Assembly (NCBI GenBank): GCA_049964835.1
Contig: JBMFWW010000016.1
Coordinates: forward strand, 1-13,819
Direction of reading: 5' to 3'
DNA from: Candidatus Micrarchaeia archaeon
GTDB taxonomy: Archaea > Micrarchaeota > Micrarchaeia > Micrarchaeales > CABMGC01
Length of the DNA stretch: 13,819 bases
In this document: positions 7,476-13,819 of the stretch, in pieces
How positions within the stretch are numbered: the stretch's first letter is position 1
Layout: every line of letters starts with the position of its first letter
Made by a program: the position numbers and the translations under genes
The notes under the pieces: generated by a model
What the model was told of the DNA's origin: nothing
The model's database searches: none
Seen by the model: the letters and a program-made list of their open reading frames with translations, nothing else

Positions 7476-8915
7476 TTATTTTTCTTTTCGCATAGCCGGA
7501 AAGGCTATGACCTCTTTTATTGAAACATTATTTGTTAATATCATCGACAATCTATCTATTGATATTCCTAATCCTGCTGTCGGTGGCATACCATACTCTA
7601 TTGCTTCCAAGAACTCTTCATCAGATGGCGGAGCTTCATCGTCTCCTTTTTTCCTTTCTATTTCTTGTTCTTCGAACTTTTTTCTTTGCTCTATTGGGTC
7701 TGTTAATTCTGAGTAACAGTTTGCTTCTTCTCTGCCCGTAATATATAACTCAAATCTTTCGCTTAATTTTGGATTGCCTCTTTTATCCTTAGTCAATGGG
7801 CACATATATGCTGGAAAATCGACTACAAATGTGGGATTAAACAACTCAGGTTTTATATACTTATCAAAAAGTGCATCTGCAACATGCATGTTATTTTTTA
7901 TGCTCACATCAAGTTTTTCTTTTTCTGCTATTTTAACTGATTCCTCATCATTCATTGTAGAAACATCAACGTCTATTTTCTTTTTTAATTCCTCAACCCA
8001 GTAAATTCTTTTGAATGGTGGCGTAAAATCAAGTTCTTTGCCTTGGTACTCTATTTTATAAGTATTAAAAAGCATCTTTACCATACCACTTAAAAGCTCC
8101 TCAACCATCTTCATGTAATCTTCATAGTCCTTATATGATTCATAACATTCTATTTGTGTAAATTCAGGATTATGTGTTGAGTCTATATCCTCATTTCTGA
8201 AATCTTTAGAAACTTCATAAACCTTATCAAAGCCCCCAATTATCAATCTTTTAAGATAAAGCTCATCTGAAATTCTCAAAAATCGTTGTTCTTCTAAGGC
8301 ATTATGTTTTGTTATGAACGGCTTTGCATTAGCCCCACCATATACCTCTTGTAGTACAGGAGTTTCAAACTCTATATATCCTCTATTATCAAGAAAATCC
8401 CTCATGTACTTTAGTATTTTAGCTCTTGTCGTAAAGAACTCTTTAACTTTAGGATTACCTATTAAGTCCAAATGCCTTTTTCTATATCGTTGTTCAGTAT
8501 CCTTTAACCCATGGAACTTTTCAGGAAGTGTTCTCAACGACTTCGCAAGCATCTCTATTTCTACAGCTTCAATACTTATCTCTCCACGTGATGTTTTTGT
8601 TACTTTTCCAGTAATTCCTAAAATATCTGCAACGTCCGATAACTCTATTATTTTAAGATACTTCTCATTTATCGAATCTTTTTTAACTACTATCTGTATC
8701 TTTCCCTTGCTGTCTAAAAGATCAATAAAGTATATACCTCCCATCTTTCTTATTCCTACTATTCTGCCTGCAACGCTAGTATTTTTTCCTTCAAGCTTTT
8801 CAAAATTATTTATTATATATGCAGAATCATTTTCTTTTTTATAAGAATAAGGATATGGATTAACATTAATCTCTAAGAGTTTTTTAAGCTTCTCAACCTT
8901 AAATCCATCTACCAT
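7476..8915 (-). CDS. lysS: Lysine--tRNA ligase, class II (LysRS2)
   Basis: N-terminal OB-fold (VAGRI...RKMG..F.DL.D..GKIQ), RYRKRHLDL, GGANAKPF.T, motif 2 FRNEDIDSTHNPEFT and motif 3 YGMPPTAGLGISIDRL. Confidence 0.98.
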   Translation of the reverse strand: MVDGFKVEKLKKLLEINVNPYPYSYKKENDSAYIINNFEKLEGKNTSVAGRIVGIRKMGGIYFIDLLDSKGKIQIVVKKDSINEKYLKIIELSDVADILGITGKVTKTSRGEISIEAVEIEMLAKSLRTLPEKFHGLKDTEQRYRKRHLDLIGNPKVKEFFTTRAKILKYMRDFLDNRGYIEFETPVLQEVYGGANAKPFITKHNALEEQRFLRISDELYLKRLIIGGFDKVYEVSKDFRNEDIDSTHNPEFTQIECYESYKDYEDYMKMVEELLSGMVKMLFNTYKIEYQGKELDFTPPFKRIYWVEELKKKIDVDVSTMNDEESVKIAEKEKLDVSIKNNMHVADALFDKYIKPELFNPTFVVDFPAYMCPLTKDKRGNPKLSERFELYITGREEANCYSELTDPIEQRKKFEEQEIERKKGDDEAPPSDEEFLEAIEYGMPPTAGLGISIDRLSMILTNNVSIKEVIAFPAMRKEK

Positions 8916-8957
8916 TAAATCAGCTATATATAAGATTTTATTAAATTTAAAATTAAT

Positions 8958-8978
8958 AAACCTTCTCTATGAAGGTTT
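8958..8978. terminator. Inverted repeat, possible terminator or operator between the surface-protein gene and lysS
   Basis: AAACCTTC-TCTAT-GAAGGTTT is a perfect 8-bp stem with a 5-nt loop and T-rich sequence 3' of it on both strands. Confidence 0.35.
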
Positions 8979-9026
8979 TTAAAAACTATTCAATGCTTTG
9001 CTACTGTTAATCTAAACTATATGTCC

Positions 9027-11258
9027 TTAGTCTTCAGTATAATTAATTAGCTTAAACAGATCAGATTCAAAGCTGCTTATACTAATTGGCTGTTTGTTTT
9101 GAGGATATACTACTACCTCGACCATTTCGTTTCCGTATGGAGAAACAACACCTATTCCTCTTGCGCTATTCTGTGATACTTGTGTATTATTGATTAAAGT
9201 AACTGCATAATCATTGTTTAATGCTCCTGTTATTAATGTCAGATTCTGACCCAAGGATCTAAGTCCCGAATTTATATTTTCATAGCTAATACTTACATTC
9301 GAATCTGTATTAAAGACGCTATTTACTTGAATTATATTATAACCCTCTGAGCCAGTATAATTCTCTATTATTATTTGTGTATTTCCATTTGAAGTACCAC
9401 TTTTATAAACTTTTGGAGCTGTTGTCCAATTACTACCAAACACTGTTGAAAGTTCCTGCGTAGTTAAGAATGTTGCATTTTTAGGAATTGATATACTGCC
9501 TAACTTACTCATTATTCCTTTTTGTAGTGATGTCAAAGCAGAGTTGTATTTAGTTAAATTTATTGAACTTTTGTTTGTATAAAGACTACTTTGTATACTA
9601 TAATTATTGAAAGGACTAATCTCACCTAAAAGTTCTTCGCTCTCCCGTTTTGCGTTTAGTATATTTCCAAAAACTTCAGTATATGAAAGACCACCGTAAA
9701 ATGAGCCATATGTTATATTGAAACCAGAGTTACTTAATGAAGATAAACCCCCATTATAAAAGTTTGCAGTATCACTTCCATTTTTAAAAATCATTGTACT
9801 TATTGTAAAGTTTTCATTATTATTTGTAAAGTTTCCTTCCATATCTTTTATTGCGCCTGTTGGCATAGTTCCTGATGTTGAGTTAAATCCATTCAAAAAT
9901 CTCCATGAACCTCCAAAGTAATTATCTAGCGTTGTTGTGTTTATCAAGCTTTCAGTTGCGTTTGTTTTTATAGTCTGAGCGCCTGAAGCATTGCTTAATT
10001 TAGTGCTCGAGTTGCTTATCAATATTGGTGCATTTTCAAATCTTTCTGCCAAACTAATAAGTCCTGGAATAGCGTCAGTAGTTGTAGTATTTACCTTTTT
10101 ACTATAAAAATTAATTCCTAATATATAATTCCCATACAAAGACTCTAATCCAAGAATACCGTTAGAAATTACGTGTGTTGAATGTCCATTGTCTAAAGCG
10201 CCATTTATTCCAGAAAGATTGCTAACTACTCTATTGTAAAATTGCGTAGCGTTCTCCTTATTCTTAAAGTAAAGATAACCAAATGTTAAGTTGTAACCAC
10301 TGCCATTAGAAAAGTTAAAAGCAAATGAATAATTCACATTATATTTACTTTCTACGTTAGGTTGATTTATCTTTGAAGTGTTTAATAACTTCCAATTACC
10401 TCCGTAAATATTGTTTAAAAATAATGTTGAAACATTAGAAGGCGTTTGTAATGTGGCAGTAGCGTTTTCTAAAGAATTCATAACGTTTACAAACTTCGGC
10501 ATAGACTGTGCTATATTAATATTATTATTTTTATAAACTGCAATTTCAAGAACATAGTTGTTGAATGGACTTACTACTATAGAAATGTTTTGATTATTTG
10601 TAGATGGGATCTGAAATCCAAAAATCGGGGAGTCACTATTTAATGTATAATTCAGAGTTATTATTTTAGGTATATTTCTAATATTAGTACTTTCTATATC
10701 ATAAAATTCACTTGCATTAATAGTACTATTAAATGTTAACTTCGTAATTGAAAGTTGATAACCTGTAGTGTTGCTGTAATTGTATGTTATTCCTCTTTTT
10801 ATGCCATTAGTTGGTATACTAATAAGAACATTTGAGTTCTGGAAGTTCCATGTTCCCCCAAAATATCTATCTAACAATGTCAGATTGTTTTGAATACCGA
10901 TACTTGTTTGTTGTATTGTATTAGTTTGTGTAGTAATGCTTGTTAATGGGGTAGTTGTTGAAGTTAACGAGGTTGTTTTTTGTGAAGTATTCTGCGCATT
11001 GTTATTCTTTGATGTTTGAGTAGTACTTACTGGTGTTGAATTAACAACTACAGTTGTGGTACTTTTTATAGTTATCGTACCTAATGACTTACTTATATTT
11101 GAATTAGTGTTAGATTGAGCTCCAGAAGATACTCCTGTGCTATTTTTCAATTTAGATGAATTATTACTGTTATTATTAGTTATCAAAAATATGCTTTCTA
11201 AAACTAAAGCCACAACCAAAATTACTACTACTGCTTTAAGCAAAACATTTTTTTCCAT
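9027..11258 (-). CDS. Large membrane-anchored, Asn/Ser/Thr-rich surface (glyco)protein with four internal repeats
   Basis: N-terminal hydrophobic anchor, about 95-aa S/T/N/Q-rich stalk, many N-x-S/T sequons and four ~155-aa repeats. Confidence 0.85.
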   Translation of the reverse strand: MEKNVLLKAVVVILVVALVLESIFLITNNNSNNSSKLKNSTGVSSGAQSNTNSNISKSLGTITIKSTTTVVVNSTPVSTTQTSKNNNAQNTSQKTTSLTSTTTPLTSITTQTNTIQQTSIGIQNNLTLLDRYFGGTWNFQNSNVLISIPTNGIKRGITYNYSNTTGYQLSITKLTFNSTINASEFYDIESTNIRNIPKIITLNYTLNSDSPIFGFQIPSTNNQNISIVVSPFNNYVLEIAVYKNNNINIAQSMPKFVNVMNSLENATATLQTPSNVSTLFLNNIYGGNWKLLNTSKINQPNVESKYNVNYSFAFNFSNGSGYNLTFGYLYFKNKENATQFYNRVVSNLSGINGALDNGHSTHVISNGILGLESLYGNYILGINFYSKKVNTTTTDAIPGLISLAERFENAPILISNSSTKLSNASGAQTIKTNATESLINTTTLDNYFGGSWRFLNGFNSTSGTMPTGAIKDMEGNFTNNNENFTISTMIFKNGSDTANFYNGGLSSLSNSGFNITYGSFYGGLSYTEVFGNILNAKRESEELLGEISPFNNYSIQSSLYTNKSSINLTKYNSALTSLQKGIMSKLGSISIPKNATFLTTQELSTVFGSNWTTAPKVYKSGTSNGNTQIIIENYTGSEGYNIIQVNSVFNTDSNVSISYENINSGLRSLGQNLTLITGALNNDYAVTLINNTQVSQNSARGIGVVSPYGNEMVEVVVYPQNKQPISISSFESDLFKLINYTED
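9030..10883 (-). repeat. Four diverged protein-level tandem repeats of about 152-163 aa
   Basis: Repeat starts are LLDRYFGGTW, FLNNIYGGNW, TLDNYFGGSW and ELSTVFGSNW (Trp at aa 137, 289, 452, 611). Each later has an S(P/L)(F/Y)(N/G)N(Y/E) motif, and repeats 1-3 share F...N.S/T..A..FY-like segments. Confidence 0.8.
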
Positions 11259-11307
11259 ACTATCAATATATCTTATAAGTTTTTAAACATTAATATTATA
11301 TTTTAAT

Positions 11308-11664
11308 TTACAAGAGTTTAAAAGAAGATGTAAACTCATCTATTTCTTTTCCTTTCCATGGCCCTACTCCTAATGTGGTTATAGTTCCTGGGGGCAATTG
11401 GGTATGTCCAGCATCAGCTACAAGTGCACAAGGTATGTCTTTATATTTAAATGCTTGAAATAGTTTTTTTAATACAGCATCGTTGTCTACTTTAAGAACT
11501 ATCTTTTTTTCTCCGGTATCAAGCCATTCCTTAGCTATTTTTTTGTCCTTTTTTTCAGCCTCAAAATAAGCCATCAAAGATGCATGAGCAACCTGCGCAG
11601 CAGTTTTACCCTTGCCCATTACGATATCATTTCTTACTAATATTGCCTGTTTTATCTCTTCCAT
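11308..11664 (-). CDS. pth2: Peptidyl-tRNA hydrolase Pth2 (archaeal/eukaryotic type)
   Basis: KQAILVRND..MGKGK.AAQVAHA, W...G.KKIVLKV, DAGHTQLPPGT.T.LGVGP. Confidence 0.97.
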   Translation of the reverse strand: MEEIKQAILVRNDIVMGKGKTAAQVAHASLMAYFEAEKKDKKIAKEWLDTGEKKIVLKVDNDAVLKKLFQAFKYKDIPCALVADAGHTQLPPGTITTLGVGPWKGKEIDEFTSSFKLL

Positions 11665-11671
11665 ATATTAA

Positions 11672-12067
11672 TCAATCCTTTCTAAGAAACTTCTTTATAG
11701 AGCCACTTAACTCTTCTATTTTTTTAACTTCTGACATTTCCTTTTTATCTAATTTTTTTCCAGGTTCTGCAATACTTCTCTCTATTGCTTCTAACATATC
11801 AATCCAATCTTCAGCATCGTCTTTTATTATATTTAATATACTTTGATCCTTTGATAGCAAATCAAGTGCAGAAATTAATTTTTTATTATCTTCTAAATTT
11901 TCACCAGAATCTAATCTTTTGGTTATATGTTCTTTTAGTTCTTTTATCTCTCCATAATTAACAGTTTTATTAATCTCAGTTACTTTTTCCATGCTTCTAG
12001 CAAAACTTTTTATTGAGTCGTAAAATCTTTTTATTAAATCATTCAAAGAAAGTTTTTCAAAGTTCAA
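11672..12067 (-). CDS. Hypothetical protein, charged and probably alpha-helical
   Basis: 131-aa ORF with TTG start, packed 7-8 bp from its neighbours on the same strand; K/E/L/I-rich heptad-like pattern; no recognised motif. Confidence 0.75.
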   Translation of the reverse strand: MNFEKLSLNDLIKRFYDSIKSFARSMEKVTEINKTVNYGEIKELKEHITKRLDSGENLEDNKKLISALDLLSKDQSILNIIKDDAEDWIDMLEAIERSIAEPGKKLDKKEMSEVKKIEELSGSIKKFLRKD

Positions 12068-12075
12068 TTAATCCC

Positions 12076-12600
12076 CTACCTTCTATACTTTTTAAGTTCT
12101 GATCTTTTCATTAATACATTTGTACCTATTCCTACCCCTAATGCGGCTACGCCTAGTGCAAACGGTATAAAACTACTGCTATCAATATTCTTTAAAGAAT
12201 TGTTAAAAGCACCGTTTAAAAAAGCATTATATGTTGCACAACCTTCCAAAGCCATATACGTTGCAGTTGAAAGTATACTTATATTTGACAATCTCTCAAT
12301 TTTTTTATTTTGAGTACTTATCCCTTCATAAAATCTTTTTACTGAAGAGTCTAGAACCTTTTTTGCAATAGGTATAGAAAAAAGAGCAACAGAAACCGCA
12401 TCTAAATATGTAAACTTTGTGAAGTCTTTATCCTTTGATTTTATTATAATATCCATAGTTGTGGATAAAACTCCAAAAGATATAGCAACATTATTGCATA
12501 AAAAGTTTGCAACGTTGTTAATTTTATCCTCACTCTCTATATCTTTTTTTTCTTGACTTCCTACAAAATTGTTCCTGTTATTATTTCTGTTAAATTTCAT
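12076..12600 (-). CDS. Hypothetical membrane protein
   Basis: 174-aa ORF with 3-4 moderately hydrophobic segments, an Asn-rich N-terminus and a basic C-terminus; first gene of the minus-strand run, divergent from priS. Confidence 0.7.
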   Translation of the reverse strand: MKFNRNNNRNNFVGSQEKKDIESEDKINNVANFLCNNVAISFGVLSTTMDIIIKSKDKDFTKFTYLDAVSVALFSIPIAKKVLDSSVKRFYEGISTQNKKIERLSNISILSTATYMALEGCATYNAFLNGAFNNSLKNIDSSSFIPFALGVAALGVGIGTNVLMKRSELKKYRR

Positions 12601-12727
12601 TTACTCAGTTTATTTAGATAATTATCAATATAAATATCTATATTATTTGCTATTATAAACTATACTATATATAATTATATAAAAGGCATAAGCAACACGT
12701 TAATTTTTTAAAGAATAAGGGATTTTA

Positions 12728-13819
12728 GTGGAATTAAACAAGTACCAAACAAGGGATTACATATCAAAATTAATTGCGGAGTACTATTCAAAATCAGATA
12801 ATTTTTATCCTGATAAAATACCAGAAAGAGAGTTTGGAGCAGGGGATTTTGATACAAAGATAAGAATAAGACATCTTTCCTTTATAAATAAAAATGATTT
12901 CAAAGAGTACTTAATTAAAAAGGCACCACCATTTATTTCCTGTTCAACCGCTTTTTATAAACATCCCTCTTTTAGACCAATGGAAAATAAAGAATGGCTT
13001 GGTTCTGAGCTAGTGTTTGATCTTGACGCTACAGATATGAATTTGGAATGCCAGAAAAAACATTCTACCTCTTGGGTGTGTGATATATGCTTAGATTCTG
13101 TAAAGTCAGAAACATTAAAGCTAATAGAGGAATTTTTAATACCTGATTTTGGCTTTTCAAAAAATGAAATAGAAGTAAACTTCAGCGGCAACCGAGGTTA
13201 TCATGTTCATATTAAAAAAGAAAGTGTATACTCTCTAGACGCAAATGCTAGAAAGCAGATAAGTGATTATATAACTGGAAACGGAATAAACTTTGATAGC
13301 TTTTTTGTGATGGAAGAGCTACGTAAAGGAACAGGAAGAAGCAGTAAAAAATTAAAAGGACCGAAGAGTAGCGATGGTGGCTGGTCTGGAAAGATAGCAA
13401 AAAACTTCATAAAGCAATTAGAAGCGGGTCCAGAAAGCTTAATCAAGCTAGGTCTTGAAAGTACTCTAGCAAAGAATCTTTATAAGAAAAAATCATTAAT
13501 AGAATTAGGCATAAACAATGGCAATTGGGATATGGTTTATATTAAAAATAAGAAAGAGTTCTGGGAAGATATTTTAAAAACACAGTCTATATATCAAAGT
13601 GATAAGATAGATCAAAATGTTACTAACGATCCTTCACATATGGTGCGTTTACCTAACACCATACATGGAGAGACTGGTTTGATATCAAAAAAAATATCGG
13701 TTAGCGATCTTAATCTATTTGATCCGATGTCTGATACCATAGCTTTCGATACTAAAACTATAGAAGTAATAGCAAACACGAATCAAGAATTAGTTATGAA
13801 TAAACAAACACTTGCGATA
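12728..13819 (+). CDS. priS: DNA primase small (catalytic) subunit PriS (3' end beyond window)
   Basis: Manual translation from GTG at 12728 is open for 364 codons: EREFG, RHLSF, WLGSELVFDLDATD (DxD), the C...H....C..C zinc motif, FSGNRGYHVHI and IDQNVTNDPSHMVRLPNTIHG.TG. Confidence 0.96.
   Translation, partial: MELNKYQTRDYISKLIAEYYSKSDNFYPDKIPEREFGAGDFDTKIRIRHLSFINKNDFKEYLIKKAPPFISCSTAFYKHPSFRPMENKEWLGSELVFDLDATDMNLECQKKHSTSWVCDICLDSVKSETLKLIEEFLIPDFGFSKNEIEVNFSGNRGYHVHIKKESVYSLDANARKQISDYITGNGINFDSFFVMEELRKGTGRSSKKLKGPKSSDGGWSGKIAKNFIKQLEAGPESLIKLGLESTLAKNLYKKKSLIELGINNGNWDMVYIKNKKEFWEDILKTQSIYQSDKIDQNVTNDPSHMVRLPNTIHGETGLISKKISVSDLNLFDPMSDTIAFDTKTIEVIANTNQELVMNKQTLAI

Noticed and set aside
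7507..8844. Plus-strand ORFs inside lysS, including the 176-aa ORF 8314-8844
   Set aside because: Antisense shadows of a conserved gene, expected from codon bias.
12668..12681. Palindrome TATATAATTATATA in the divergent spacer before priS (possible operator or origin)
   Set aside because: Pure A/T low-complexity sequence in a very AT-rich spacer; no ORB-like repeats or cdc6/orc1 are visible nearby.
11580..13191. ORFs 11580-11846(+) and 12955-13191(-)
   Set aside because: Antisense to pth2/the 131-aa gene and to priS respectively.
1..13819. CRISPR array, rRNA or defence system
   Set aside because: No regularly spaced direct repeats, long GC-rich structured RNA or recognisable defence or nuclease motifs were seen.

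Overview
AT-rich archaeal chromosomal segment, most consistent with a DPANN archaeon such as Micrarchaeota. This is an inference from the archaeal ribosomal proteins, Pth2, a PriS that looks stand-alone, a BHB-intron tRNA and bacterial-type salvage and LysRS genes. Left to right it holds: the 5' end of a secreted Ig/PKD-like surface protein; apt; a putative isoprenoid-lipid cluster (uppS, a DUF2070 membrane hydrolase and a SEC59/DGK1/VTE5-type kinase); a scar region with a 46-bp IS200/IS605-like miniature element and a frameshifted ABC-2 permease fragment; the tRNA-Ser(GGA)-rps13-rps4-rps11 cluster, followed by DUF192 instead of the usual rpoD; a small basic ORF; class II lysS; a 743-aa surface protein with four internal repeats; pth2; two hypotheticals; and priS running off the right edge. 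The most unusual observations are two. First, the mini-element sits in the last codon of the kinase gene and regenerates the same Leu-stop, so the insertion is silent at protein level. Second, the tRNA-Ser carries two introns (37/38 and T-loop 59/60). No CRISPR array, rRNA or intact transposase is visible.
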